Positions 14,288 to 27,348 of a DNA stretch of 64,000 nucleotides are shown in pieces. The stretch's first letter is position 1, and each line of letters begins with the position of its first letter. Below the pieces are notes generated by a model that had not been told where the DNA came from, made no database searches, and worked only from the letters and a program-made list of their open reading frames with translations. The stretch spans positions 149,110,001-149,174,000 of the forward strand of contig NC_042997.1 of assembly GCF_006345805.1 (NCBI RefSeq), in the 5' to 3' direction. The translations under genes were made by a program, and so were the position numbers. The DNA comes from Octopus sinensis. Its lineage: Eukaryota.

Positions 14288-15314
14288 CAGTATATTCGCA
14301 CACACATTTATGCATACATACATACTCATATACATATAAACATATAGATAGATAGATATATTCTTGCGATATAATCCTTCGCTTGTCTGTGTGTGCGTGT
14401 GTGTGTGCGCGCGCGCGCGCGTGTGTGCATCTATACGACTTTCTATGCTTGTGCGTTCAGCGACACGTTCGCACACGCAAACATGTATATTGATGATATA
14501 TATTTTTCGTTTTTGACTAATTTCCGTTTATTCTTGACATATTCCATATCCGAGGAAATCATTTTTATTTATTCTTCATATATATATTTTTTAAGTTGTT
14601 TCAATTCAATTTTCCGTGAGATAAAGAGCTTAGCGGACTTTAATTAAAATGTCAAACTTTTGATTCTCTGCTCTTAATTGTATCTTTTGCTGTTCACCCC
14701 ATTTTTATCCGCCAACTTTACGATGTCGCTTTTATCATTCATTATATCTTTGTAATAAAATTGTGGTATTGTTTTGTTGTTATTGTTTATTTGTAATTTT
14801 GCTACGTCACTTTATTTCATTTTTTGAAATTTTATTCATATATTGTTACTTTTTAATATATTTCATTCAACCAATCATTCTAAGAAAGGCTACTTATTTT
14901 TATATTAGTATTCTATTATTGAAATACTTATTTATTTATTTATTTACTTAATATTAAACGCACAAATATGGAGAACGCATGGCTGACAGCTAACTACTCA
15001 CATGCATGCAGTATCTCACAAGCACATACACAGATATACATATGTATGTAAAATATTTTAACGCATACATATGCAATATATATACGTATGTTTGCAAGTA
15101 TGTATAAATATATATATATATATACATATATATAAGTTGGTATGTACGTTTGGAGGTATGCAGGCATGTATTGCACCCCTACAATATTAATTTATTATTC
15201 AGTAGCAATTATTCAATCCCAGAAAATAAAATATATTTAGCATATCAGGAGTCCAATATCCTAATTCCATATGTGTATATGGTTATTTATTGTATGATTT
15301 ATAGGAACTCAGAA

Positions 15315-16325
15315 ATGGTAAAACCTTGACTTTGCTTCTCTCTTCTTCATTCTCAACATTCATCTTTATCGACATCTACATTCTCAATAGTTTAACAGAA
15401 CCATGTATGTGACTTAACATCACTTGAATTCAAGGAAAGCTGAAAACAGATGGAACTATTCAGAATGTCCTACAGAAACGTTCCGGATGACCAGGTGCAT
15501 CGGCAATCTTCACGGAGCAATAAAGCGACTACAGACGCATTGCCAGATTTAAAGAAAATATTTATAGCAACCGAATTGTGAAATAAGGTTTTTAAAATCA
15601 AACTTTCGTCACATCTCAATGCGCTGTCATGGAAAAATTTACTTTCCCATAATAGTTTATGTTTTCAAAGAGTAGAGTTTTCCGAGTCGTTCTTGGCAAG
15701 ATGTGTAAAAGATGTATACATAACAACAAATATTGTTTGGAGAGATAAAGTCACGTATATATTAGATGGCTAAGTTAACCTGCACAATTGTTCCTACTGT
15801 TATTACAGAGGGACATGATACTAAATTATCAGGCATTATAGTTCAGTGTGACTCATCTCCAAATGGACTAACTGGAGATTTCTTTTTTGAAGGTACTGTG
15901 ATTGATCTAATTTTACTTGAACTTAATGCGACAACATGTCATGCCAAATATTCAAATGGGCTTTGAAGGTGGGGAGTTATATTTCCAACAATGTGTGGCA
16001 CTTCCTCATTCCTTTACAATTGTAAGAGACGACCTGAAAATCTAGACAAAGCAGTGGATTGAACGAAAAAGTTTAGCATAATACCATACACGTTCACTGG
16101 ACTCAAACCATTTAACACTATTCTTTTTATTGAAATACATAATGCAGAACGTTCATGTCACAAAATGGCAGCGCCAAACAAACTGGAGTCGCCCATTGTA
16201 GAAATACACACAAACATCAAGGGAATTGTGTTCCTAGATACTGGCGATTCAATTGCATCGCGTTATCAGCATGGCTTGGAATATATCAATTATGAATTTG
16301 AAACCAGCTTTACAACAAATAATTA
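15315..16325 (+). pseudogene. Possible decayed intronless glycosyltransferase (GT92/DUF23, galt-1-like) pseudogene
   Basis: Non-repetitive, coding-like island. Across frames, in order: hydrophobic anchor KTLTLLLSSSFSTFIFIDIYIL; KIKLSSHLNALSW...RVEFSESFLARCVKDVYI; IIRHYSS; FFFEGTVIDL..LNATT; PFNTILFIEIH; GVAHCR. These are colinear with GT92 motifs as I recall them; multiple stops and frameshifts. Confidence 0.35.
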
Positions 16326-16456
16326 AGTTCTGACTTTAGATTCTATTAAATATTGGAAATGACATCTATCTTCACAAATACTAACTTATAATCATTCAGT
16401 GTATTATGTACGCTGTTTGGGACGGTCTGTGATTTGGAAATGTTATACGGGAAGTT

Positions 16457-16474
16457 ACTACTACTACTACTTCA

Positions 16475-16542
<68 letters not shown>

Positions 16543-16571
16543 CACTACTATTACTACTACTACTATCACTA
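16457..16571. repeat. (TAC)n trinucleotide repeat
   Basis: tactactac tract; explains the poly-Tyr/poly-Leu ORFs. Confidence 0.95.
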
Positions 16572-17279
16572 TCAATTCTGTGTTTTAGCGTGTTATGTAA
16601 TGGTCACCGTTCTCCCCAGTTGAGAGCAAAGCAGATTATTACCAAGTCTTACCGGAGGGTAGTCGTACGTTCCTCAGAATATGTTATCAAGCAATTCAGT
16701 CAATTTACCTTGGGGTGGATAAATGTTTTCTATTTGAACAGTTTATATTCAATAAACTATTTTCAACTTGGCTTGTGTCTCTGGTGCAGTAGTCGGCGCT
16801 TTAAAGACCAAATCTGTTGCGCAGTATATGTTGCCAAGAGAATAATAAGATTGAAAATTGTAGAAACATAAATTTATATCTACTAAATAGTATTACGAAA
16901 TTTAAATAAGTTGATGCATTCAGATACACAAATGCTGCCACACTGAAAATGATATAAAAAGTGATGGTAATTATAAATCTAAATACATTTGTGAAGACAC
17001 AGTTAGCAACGATAAAATATTTGACAATGGAGGCCGTAACAATAAAAGCATTTGTAGTGTTACTAGCCAGGATTTGTGGGAAATAAATAATGGGTATCTC
17101 TTCAAAACTGGAACAATTTGCGAAGTAAAAATGATGTTCTATACAATGAATTGTAAAGAGTAAATCGATGTGTTTTCTCACTGAAGGCACGTAAGGGTTT
17201 GGTATATGGTCTCATACAAATTGTTAAAATACGTCTTTTTCGATGTGTGAAATATCTTATGGTGCGTGTGTTTCACCAA

Positions 17280-19260
17280 TGGCTCGTGAGCTGGGGGTCA
17301 TTTAGAAGGAGATACGGATTCCTGACTTTCTCCACGATAACTCCAGCAATCTGAGTTGCAATATAAGTAGAAAAGACTTTGGAGAAAAAACTGGTTACTT
17401 ATCCATTTAGTTGTGGTCTGCAGACTCAGTAACTAGTTGCTTATGAAAATTTGAATCCTTTTAGGAAGTTGTGCTTCATTTGCACTGGAGATTCTAACAT
17501 CATTGGTGAAATTATTTTTAAATCTCCAACTCCAGCCTTATTATTTTCATATTTTGTCGCACCTTGAAAATGCAACTCCTGAAAAATTCTACTGTTTTAA
17601 TGCTTTTCTCAGTCGCAATAAAAAAATAAGCACAACACTTATCACTTTATCACTGTGTAGATTATGTGTGTGTATAAGCACAACACTTATCACTTTATCA
17701 CTGTGTAGATTATGTGTGTGTATTATGTGTGTTTGTCAGCTGCTGCTAGTCATGTGTGTATTTTCGTTTTGCTGAGGTGAGCGTTGATGAGGGTGTTGCT
17801 ATATTTGCGGACTTTTCTGTTTATTTTAGGTGTATGATTGGTGGTACTCTTGTTATTCTATGTCTCGTTTAATGAGAGATTCATCCTTACATTTAAAAAA
17901 ATATTTTTATGATCTTCTGTGTCCTGCTTTCTCTCAAATTATGTATTCTGCGATTGGTGAATATGGAACTGTGTTACCTTGCCTTGTCAATGTGCGTTTT
18001 GTATCTCAAATAACTGAGAGAGGGAGAAAATAACAAAGAAATACTTAGGTTGGAAATATCCGTTAGTGTTTTTTTTTGCTTGCGCTGTTAGTGTTTTAAT
18101 TCCTGTAATCGTCTTGTTTTCACTACTGGGGTTGGTTCTGTAGGTGTTGTTTTTATCGCATCTGTAGATGTAATTGTCTGTATTATTGCTTTTATTTCTA
18201 CTGCTGTTGGTGATAGCGTTGCTGTTCTTGTATTCACTGTTGAAGCAGATTCTGCTTTTATTAATGCTGCGAGCTGCAACTGCTTTTTCTGCGAATGTGA
18301 TGGTGCCAGTAGCGTGAAGAAACCCTTACTCGTTTTTAGAGAAGAAACCTCTAAACTGTTTTTCAAGTGACATCTTTGTCTTCTGCTGTTAACTACGATA
18401 CATATTTCCACACCACGGGGCAGGTTGATATGTTTATGCTATGTGATAATTTTAAAACCCTCCTAATGACCTGCAGATGGATCTCAAGCATATATCCCAA
18501 CCAAATCTGCCTCTCACTCTTTATTTGAGAAAGGGTTCGCATTTGTCCAAGAAAAGGGAGGTACATATCCACCAGATCTCCAACCTTGGTAAAATGCTAT
18601 CTTCATGCGTCTGTCTTCCCAAAATTGTTGGGAAGACAGTGTGTTGTCTTTTGAGCACTTAAATGGAGTGGCTCAGCCAAAGGCTTTGAGTTTTAAACAC
18701 TTCCTAGCTCCCGAAATGCCCTGTCGCATGTTCTGTATTTGACCAGATATCTTTAAGAACCTCCTTCCACTTGTGTGTGAGTTGCAGCATCTAAGCGTTG
18801 GTTATATGCTGTCACATAAGACTTTAGCACAGTATTCCGGGCAATTGCCGACAAAGCATTTGCCAGTGTTGCATACTGGGCTCTCCACCCATTTGCTTTC
18901 ATATTTGTGCAACCTGTATTATGCTTGCATCCTTGGCGCTTATGGAGAGCTATAAGTATTTTCTTGGTCTATGTTGCCGCCCTAGCAGCAAATTGCTTTC
19001 CAGTAGAGAGGCTCCCAGCCTCTTTGTTTTCGTCGTTATTAATGTTGTGACCGCTGTATTTCTTGCTGTAACACTTGCTGTTGTTGTTGCTGATTCTATT
19101 TTAGACATGCTAACTTTTGTTAGTGTGGTTGTCATTGTTTTTGTTGCTGTTGTTTTCCTATATGATAAACTTGATCATGTTTGACTGGAGGTAAGTAGAA
19201 CTTCCGCTATTTAGCATCTCAGTGGAATCTTTTCCACTTTCACCACTTTATGTGGTGTAT
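17280..19260 (-). mobile_element. Decayed L1/Tx1-like LINE 5' region (ORF1 with Thr-rich segments, start of APE endonuclease)
   Basis: Minus strand: Thr-rich ORFs 18950-19135 and 18088-18411, a TVFPTILGRQT segment and an H..STCP zinc-knuckle remnant; endonuclease-like remnants around 17300-17500. Confidence 0.35.
17626..17721. repeat. 48-bp perfect tandem duplication
   Basis: ataagcacaacacttatcactttatcactgtgtagattatgtgtgtgt x2. Confidence 0.9.
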
Positions 19261-20469
19261 TAAGCATCCGTTGTGGTGTTTCTACGTCCTTTGTACCTTA
19301 AAATTTGAATTAGGGTGACATTTTCCCTAAAAGTGAGGTATAGCTTAGTACTTGCAATTACACTCACTGTATCGCTATTCACACAAGGAAATAGGGGCCC
19401 CGATTTAAGGAAATATCAAGAAAAAAAAGAAAAAAAAGAAAAGAAAAAACAGGTAAATTATTCCCAATAAAATATTCGAATAATTTTTACGATTCCAAGC
19501 GCTGCATACCTAACGCAAAACTACATCATCAACAACATCAACAAGATAAACAACAAGAATAACAACAAAAACAATAATGATAATGTAGATAAAACGTATT
19601 TTCTTGGTAACTATTTTTGTACTTCATCATGTAGTATTTCGGTTTCATTTTTTTAATGAGAAGTTTCTACAAATGCATTTTATTTTGTGGTGGTGTTCAT
19701 GTAATCATGTACTGTTTACGTACTGTAACACGATTGTTTAGGAATTTGAAGAGAAAATATCATAATCATTATCATTATCATTCCTCAAGTATATAATGAC
19801 TTACTGACTCTAATTAACAACATGACATGTCACGAAAATCTAAACAATGTTATTGTTAAACAAAGAATTAAACAATGACGAAAATAAAAGAATGCTACCC
19901 GAGAAGAAATGAACTAGTATAACCAAAGTTAATCCTGCTCGACAGACACAATATTGAAATAATTTCATATCGCTTGAGAAGTAGAAAATTATTTGTATAA
20001 AATTATATAAACTAATTGAAATATAGTTGAATATTCAACTCAAAAGTAAATTATATGTAAACATAGTAGAGTAACTATCGAGAAATTTCTATTGTGTCAT
20101 AAGGTAAAATAATGTACAAAATATAAAAAGAAAGATAATGAAAAACTCAATTAGAAGGAATTATGGAATATTAATTTACTTTAGATAAATAAAATCTGAC
20201 ATTTCTGTGCTGTCAACCTGGATATTCGGATCAATGTTGTTCATGCCTTCCTTACTTAATTATCTTAGATAATATTTTACCTCCGTTGTTTTTATAAATT
20301 GATAATGTATTTTCTTGTATCATGTTGTTTTTAGTGTAGTAAAGCTCTTTCCTTTATTTGATAACGTGCCGCAGAAGAGATTCGTTTGGATTACATCACA
20401 AAGAGGTGAGATTTTTAGACACATAATTGAATGTTTTATATACATATACATATATATACACACGCACAA

Positions 20470-20501
<32 letters not shown>

Positions 20502-20534
20502 GTATGCATACATGTACATATATATATGTGTGTG

Positions 20535-20578
<44 letters not shown>

Positions 20579-20581
<3 letters not shown>

Positions 20582-20884
20582 ATTGTATAAAAGATCGTGG
20601 GTAAGGCCAAAATAATGCGAAGTAAATGCTAGGTAAATCACACGAAAACAAATATGTCAATTAATGTAGACTTACCTTGTATTCAATATTTCGGGGTTAT
20701 GACCCCATTTTCAAGAAATTGACGAATGTTGTCGATGTGCGTGTGTGGAGTGCACATGCACCGACACTCCGAAATATTGAATACTAGGTAAGTCTACATT
20801 ATTTCACATATTTGTTTTCTTGTGATTTAAACTGCATTTACTTCGCATTGTTTTGGCCTTACCCACAATCTTTTATACAACATA
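20579..20884. mobile_element. Fold-back element with ~115-bp inverted arms and degenerate hammerhead-like centre
   Basis: Arms 20579-20694 and 20769-20884 are reverse complements with scattered mismatches. The minus strand at the junction reads TTGAAAA tGGGG-tcataa-CCCC GAAA. Confidence 0.75.
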
Positions 20885-21046
20885 TCCTACAGCCACTACA
20901 CACATTTTTTCTCTCCTTGTTTCTCACCTTGTTTTTGCTGTGTCCCTTTCTGTAGAAGAGCGCAGGCTCAAAATGTAAACGACGTTTTCTATTCCTGGGC
21001 GTTATACTAATACATCTGTTTGTTTTGTACACCATCTGTCTTCGTC
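20885..21046 (+). mobile_element. 5' half of a pLTR-like dispersed repeat split by the CR1 LINE (3' half at 25919-25950)
   Basis: Pyrimidine-rich repeat with a degenerate hammerhead-like gaagagc-gcag-gctc-aaaa motif (compare 34270). Ends ...tgtcttcgtc and resumes after the LINE as tcgtcttttgttttattcgtaaactctccc. Confidence 0.55.
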
Positions 21047-22071
21047 CAGCCTTCAGCAGAGGCTGACGTGTTTTCGCTGCTCCGACCTGTCAGCGGCCAA
21101 AGACACAGAAGACACAGAAACACAAATACAACCCAGCAGGCCTACTGATAAACAACTGTAATTACTGGAAGATCTACTATTTTCTGTAAGTTATTTGAAT
21201 TTCCCTCAAAATAAGTTAAAGACTTACAAACCTACAGTTTGGGACAAACATTTTAGAAACGTAAATAGCTCTATTTTTTGTGTGAACATTTTGTCGTCAC
21301 CTCTTCCTTCAGTATCAGATTATGTAAAAATGCCTTTATTGTAACAACACAATTAAATGCACACTAAAATTATGGACGTAAACACCTGCTAACCTTAATT
21401 TTCTTCTTGACTACCCGAAATATGCAAACATACTTTTTACTGCAATCACAGAAATAAACACGTGGAGAATAAGAAGAAAAAAAAGAAAAAATACTCTTTA
21501 TAGTTTCTCTCTGCTCGTACACGACTCTATTCAGAAGTACTGTTCATAGTCGGCCCCTCCTTGATTTTTCTCAAAGTCAAGGTCACTGTTCGCAAGTTCC
21601 ATCAACAACATAGTAGATATTTGAACACTCTTTGACCGATCGTTCTTCATTTCACTTTATGTAAGCAGTAGTTGCTGCTACAGCTATTAATACTGCTGCT
21701 ATCATAATTTACTGCTGCTACTACTACTGCTACAATTAGAAACATACAAGTTGACGCAGACGCAAATATTGAAGTACTAAATGGCACGTCAAATGATATT
21801 TAACCGTGTGGAACATTTTACATGCATATCAATATTCTAAAGTTGGACCTAAAATTCCCTATCCTAAAGCTGCTTCAGACAACTAGGAAGGGTTCCTGAC
21901 TCGTTTCACCGTCTGCTTTCAATCTTGGATTGTGATTCGGTTCAGCCCAAACTCTCTCAGATTTTGTCTGCTGTTGCTTACTCCTACAAGGATTGCAGCT
22001 GTTTTTGTTCCTGCTTTAACTCAGATCTGTCCTAGAGCCCCTAGAAGATTGTTTTTGGTCAACCATCTATC

Positions 22072-23207
22072 ATGTCAGCTACCTATAGATCGAAACTGAG
22101 ATCTGCGAGAAGGACTTCTCATCAGGATTATGGTCCTGCCAACGGTCATCTCAACGAGCAGTTGCTGTTGCTCAAACAAGAGGTCGAGCACCTAAAGTCT
22201 GTTGTTGCTCATTTACTAAATAAACAGTCTCCTATTGACGCAGAGCCACCCTTGATTTCTTCCCTGGAGACGTCCAAACCGAAGGGAACAAAATCGAGGC
22301 GACCAAAGAAGGCGAAGGAACCGGCAGTCGTTTCCGCACATGATCGTTCCTGTGCGGATTCTTCCTCATCTGCCTTTTCGGTCCCGGAGGTTCCCCAACC
22401 TAATTTGAGGAGCGTAGGCTCAAACCCACCTGAAGACTGTTGTTCTCCCAAAAAGAAGAAACGTAGTCAAAACTCCAGTGGGGCAGATTTAGCTACGATA
22501 AAACCTGCTCACGATAAAATCTGTTTGGATTCTCCCTCACTAATCCTTCCCATTATTGCCATTTCTCAACCAATTCTGAACCATCTTGATGTGAGTTCAT
22601 CCGGGGAGTGGTACTCCCCCAAACCGAAGAAGAGGCAGTGCAGTTCCAAACCAGGCGGGACATTATGACTACTAAACCCATTCCGATCGACCCCAAAGGC
22701 CGACATAAGTCTGATGGCTAACAAACCACCCTTTCGAAATCATCCACTGAAGAATCGAATGCCGCAGCTCATAGTAGAGAACAGAAAGACCATTTTGCCC
22801 ACTCAAGATCAGCAATCATTTATGGTAAAGCTGAATCCACCTGTGATACAGACATAAACCGCCTAAAAGAAGACATAAATTTTGTTTCCGTATTAGTCGC
22901 TCGGCTAGGAAGATTCCAAGCGAACTCAACCTCAGACACTAGACCACGCCCAATAAGAGTAATCTTTTCTTGCGATCAGGAGGCTTCAACCTTTTTGAAC
23001 AGAGCTCATATGCATACCTGGGAGGATCCCAATATGGGTTTTTGCGAGGAATACTCACTGAGAGAGAGAATTCGCCGGAGAAACCTAATATCCGAACTGA
23101 AGATGAGAAAACAGATGGGAGAGAAGGGTTTACGCATCCAAGATGGACAAATAATCAAGTCCTACCTCTGGACGCATGCTGTAGTGCTGACAGGGAAAGT
23201 GAATTGA
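22072..23207 (+). pseudogene. LINE ORF1 (coiled-coil + basic region + C-terminal CR1/L2-type domain), interrupted by stop/frameshifts
   Basis: 198-aa ORF with heptad LNEQLLLLKQEVEHLKSVV; downstream fragment EEYSLRERIRRRNLISELKMRKQMGEKGLRIQDGQII is typical of invertebrate CR1/L2 ORF1 C-termini. Confidence 0.75.
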
Positions 23208-23279
23208 GGGCGAATCGAAGTAAAGCAGATGCTATCTCTGATACCCCTTATTGTGCTTGTTCCCCACTTCCCGCCCCTC

Positions 23280-25834
23280 AAACTTCACAGATCAGCATCG
23301 TCTATACCAACTCGTGTTCCTTATTTCCAAAGTTCAGCGAACTGTTTACACTGGCCATGCGTGATTCCCCTGATGTGATAGCTATCACCGAGACTTGGCT
23401 GACTCCAGCAGTAAAGGACTCAGAAATCCGACCCCCAGGACGATGGTCATTTACTCGAAGCGATAAGATTCGTTTCGGCTTCTCATGACTGTTTGATATT
23501 AGGAGACTTCAACACTCCCACGATCGATTGGCCCGCATCAATTTGTACATCATCTTCCCGGTTCGGCCAGGCCCTTCTTGACGTGGCTGAAGATTGTTTT
23601 CTATCGCAACATGTTGAATATCCGACAAGGCATCGGTCTGGGCAGACGCCATCTATGCTGGATCTGGTATTCTCCCGCTATCTAAGATCAGTGTCAGACG
23701 TATCTGTGTGCGCCCCTCTTGCCAAGAGTGATCATGCGGTCCTGAAGTCCGTCATGCACACAACTTTTTCTACGCCCAGGACTACTTCGCTGCCACGTAG
23801 AGTCTTCTCTGCAATTAATTTTGAAATTCTAACCGAGGCTTCCGCGCTTCTGGACTGGCGATCCCTGATGACGTTGTCCTCATTTGACGAACTATAGTCA
23901 TCCCTCAAAGCATATGTAATCTGGTTGACTGACCAGGCAGTTCCCGTTGGGTTTCCCAAGAAGAAGAAACCCAATCCCTGGGTGACGAAGAAGGTTAAAC
24001 GAGAACTTCGACACAGAGATATTGCTTGGGCTGAATTCAAAAATCTTGATTCGACTGCAGATTTTAAGGTGTACAAAACTCAACGAGACCGAGCCGTGAA
24101 AATTGAAAAGGAAGAACGCTTCAGATATGAATACAAAATCGCGGCAAACGCCAGTAGCAATCCAAAAACCTTCTTTGCCCATGTCCAACGGAATTCCCGC
24201 TTGAACAACCAAATTGCAACGTTGGTAGGACTCAACAGGCGTATCGATTGAGGACCCTTATCAACAGAGTCAATTATTTGCCGAGGTTTTTTCAACTATT
24301 TTCAAACAAGATAATGGTCGTGAACCCCCTCCATTTGATAGATCGGTACTTCCAATGCTTCGATTGGTCATCACGCGGGACGAAGTCGAACGCATTATTC
24401 AAGGCCTCGATGTCAACAAGGGTCACGGCCCTGACGCCATACACCCACGGGTTATCAAAGCGTTGGCTCCGGTCATCTGCGAGCCCTTAACACGTCTATT
24501 CAATATGTCATTGGTGACGGGTGTTATACCTGCGGACTGAAGAACAGCGATAATCTGCCTAATTTTCAAGAAAGGGAGCCGCGAAGACCCGCTTAACTAC
24601 CGACCGGTTTCCCTTACATCAATATTCAGCAACATGTTCGAAACCAGCCTTAAGAAAAGTATGATGCTCCACCTCCAAAACACAGCCTCTATCTCTGATT
24701 CCCAACTCGACTTCGTGTCGAAGTCTTGACCAACTTACTGGTAATGGAAGAATTGGTGACGAGCATCCTCGATGATAGTGATGCTGTTGACATCGTTTTA
24801 TTGAAATTTGCCAAAGCTTTTGACTCGGTAAACCACCGCCTATTACTTGTCAAGCTTCAAGCATATAGTTTCCATCAGGTTATTGTACAATGGGTTGGTG
24901 CCTTCCTCTCAGATCGCTCCTTCCAAGTCCAAGTTAATGATTCGCGGTCCGACGTCTCCAGTGCGAGCAGTGGCGTGCCTCAAGGTTCAGTGCTTGGGCC
25001 CTTATTGTTCATAGTCTTCATAAATGACTTGCCCGACGACCTTGCGCAATACCCCCTTCAATTTGCCGACAATGTCAAACTGGTCGCTCCTGCCTCCACC
25101 AAATTTGGAGATGGTCTAACGAATGGGACCTGTGTCTGAACGTGTCAAAGTGCTGTCATCTGCCTGTTGGCTCTCCTCCTGCAACTCAACTTGATTTCGA
25201 GCCGGGTCGTCTGCTGCTGGAGAGGACCGATCAGGTAAAGGACCTGGGTATCTTGGTGGATTCCTCCTTTTCGCCTTCGGCCCAGTTCGTCAATGCTGCC
25301 AACAAAGCACGCGGAGTTCTGTTCTTGATTCGACGGTCATTCGGAATGCTCACAGCAGCCATATTCCTACCGCTCTATGTCACACTGGTGAGACCCATAT
25401 TGGAGTACGGGATTCAAGCCTCTTCTCCTTATCTCCTCAAAGACATACAGCATCTCGAAAGAGTCCAGAAGCAGGCTACCCGCATGGTTCTTGGTCTCAA
25501 GAATTTGTCTTATGAAGAAAGGCTGAAGACGCTCGACCTTTATTCTCTAGAAAAACGACGACGCCGTGGAGATCTCATTGTTGTTCACAACATCATAAGC
25601 GGAAAGTGTAACCTCTCGAAAGAGCTGTTCTTCACTCCTGCTCCAGAGCGTCGGCTGCGGGGTCATTCCGAAAAGCTCTATCTGCGACGATTTCATCTCA
25701 ATCGAAGGAGAAGGGCTTTCTCCGTCCGGGTTGCGGGTCCGTGGAATAAGCTGCCAGACGAGATGGTGAAGATGCCGACGACCGCTCGGTTCAAAGTCTC
25801 CCTTGACCTCAAGTGGCCTGAACTCTTTACATGA
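23280..25834 (+). pseudogene. LINE ORF2: APE endonuclease + reverse transcriptase, multiple stops/frameshifts and an internal EN deletion
   Basis: YTNSCSL, DVIAITETWL, ILGDFN, LDLVFS, SDH (EN); KGHGPDAI, NYRPVSLTS, FAKAFDSV, GVPQGSVLGPLLF, FADN (RT); LYSLEKRRRRGDLI (CR1 C-terminus). Confidence 0.92.
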
Positions 25835-25951
25835 ACACCACCCTGTACATAACTCCATGTCCCCTTACATGGCCTTGCTTTTTGCTTTTTAAGCCAAAAC
25901 ATTAACTAACTAACTAACTCGTCTTTTGTTTTATTCGTAAACTCTCCCTCT

Positions 25952-26026
<75 letters not shown>

Positions 26027-26139
26027 CCATGGATATGCACCTGTTAGTATGCTGATTAAAGCAATTTTACTGTCTACAGTTACCATATAAATGCCAACGG
26101 ATTTGCATCAGGACTTCCTCAGTGTCCGTTGTGTATTTA

Positions 26140-26280
26140 ACAATTGAGAGAAACAAATAATGTATTTCAGGAGATTCTTTATTAATCACCACGATCGTTT
26201 CCACCCATCTTCAAGCTGTCCCTCGCATGTGGGATATTGTACAACTGGTTGTGGTACATCCTTCGGTGTAAATATGTCTT
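26140..26280 (-). mobile_element. PLE pLTR relic with degenerate hammerhead
   Basis: Minus strand: cac-CGAAGGA ... GAAACGATCGT-ggtg followed by AATAAA. The palindromic GAAACGATCGT is typical of PLE minimal hammerheads, but the core here is mutated. Confidence 0.45.
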
Positions 26281-26889
26281 GTCAGGTGACATTCAAAAGG
26301 TACCTCGCGCAATAAACTCAGTTCCGCTAGGTTCTTTGCTTGTGAAAGATTGACTACGGGTTCCGTGGTTTGGAATGACAAGGGATGGATACTTAATTTT
26401 TATTTTTGTGTACAGTTAATGCACTAATGTATCGTTGATTATAAATAAAACACGAAATAAAAGAATAAGAAAAAGATTATTCCGAGAAGTATAAGCATGT
26501 TCGTGTAAGAATACTCTTAAAGACCCGTATAATTACACGCATGGTCTTGTGGACAACCGACACACATTCTTGAAATTACACATAATGAGATATCATTAAA
26601 TAAAGGCTAAAAAGATAAAACCTCGTTAAAGAGCAGACAGAGGACAGTGGCAAACTAAGACTGTTGAATAGAATTTGGTGGCTTGACATATCTATATCGT
26701 ACATCCCCCACTGAGGATCTATGCTACAGAACGCTACACACTAGAGAGTTGATGTGTTTTGGCAGTCTGTTGATGTTGAGATCTAAACCGGCCTACCAAT
26801 GCCCGAAGTATATTTACATATACACACAAACAGATTCACGGACATACACACACATACACACAGACACAACACACATGCACATATATATG

Positions 26890-26934
<45 letters not shown>

Positions 26935-27348
26935 GCACACACGTATGTAGATTCCTACAAATACACACGCGCACGTAGGTTCTAGTGTGATGCATACAAA
27001 CATAATCATATATATAAGTATATATTTGGTGTGTATAAGTTTAAATATATATATATATATATATACAATATGTTACATTACTCGGTAGTCAAGATAAAAC
27101 TCTGAGTTTCAGATGCCGAAGTGGAAATCCACAACACCATCTCTTCGGTTATCTGGCTATTTGAAAACGTTATGAAAAAATACCGTTAAAAATGAAGGGA
27201 AATTACTCTGTTATAACTCTGCTTTGCCTGCGAACTTATACATCGCTCGCATTTTTCGTCATAAAAATTATATAAAAATACATAAAAATATATAAGAATA
27301 TATAAAAATATATAAAATCTTCTTGGGACATAACACAGAAAGCATGTT

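Larger units (their letters stand above)
21047..25918 (+). mobile_element. Near full-length CR1-clade LINE (5'UTR, ORF1, APE-RT ORF2, (TAAC)n tail), disrupted
   Basis: ORF1 and ORF2 fragments listed below; 3' tail attaactaactaactaac; TCGTC repeated at 21042-21046 and 25919-25923 (candidate TSD). The 5' boundary is inferred from that repeat. Confidence 0.85.

Noticed and set aside
14385-14430. (GT)n-(GC)n alternating tract with Z-DNA potential
   Set aside because: Common compound microsatellite with no nearby functional context.
16434-16871. Poly-Leu ORF resembling a signal peptide
   Set aside because: Produced by the (TAC)n repeat; the rest of the ORF is featureless.
22209-25902. Antisense ORFs within the LINE (e.g. 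23732-24076, 25547-25858)
   Set aside because: Shadow frames of the plus-strand LINE coding sequence.
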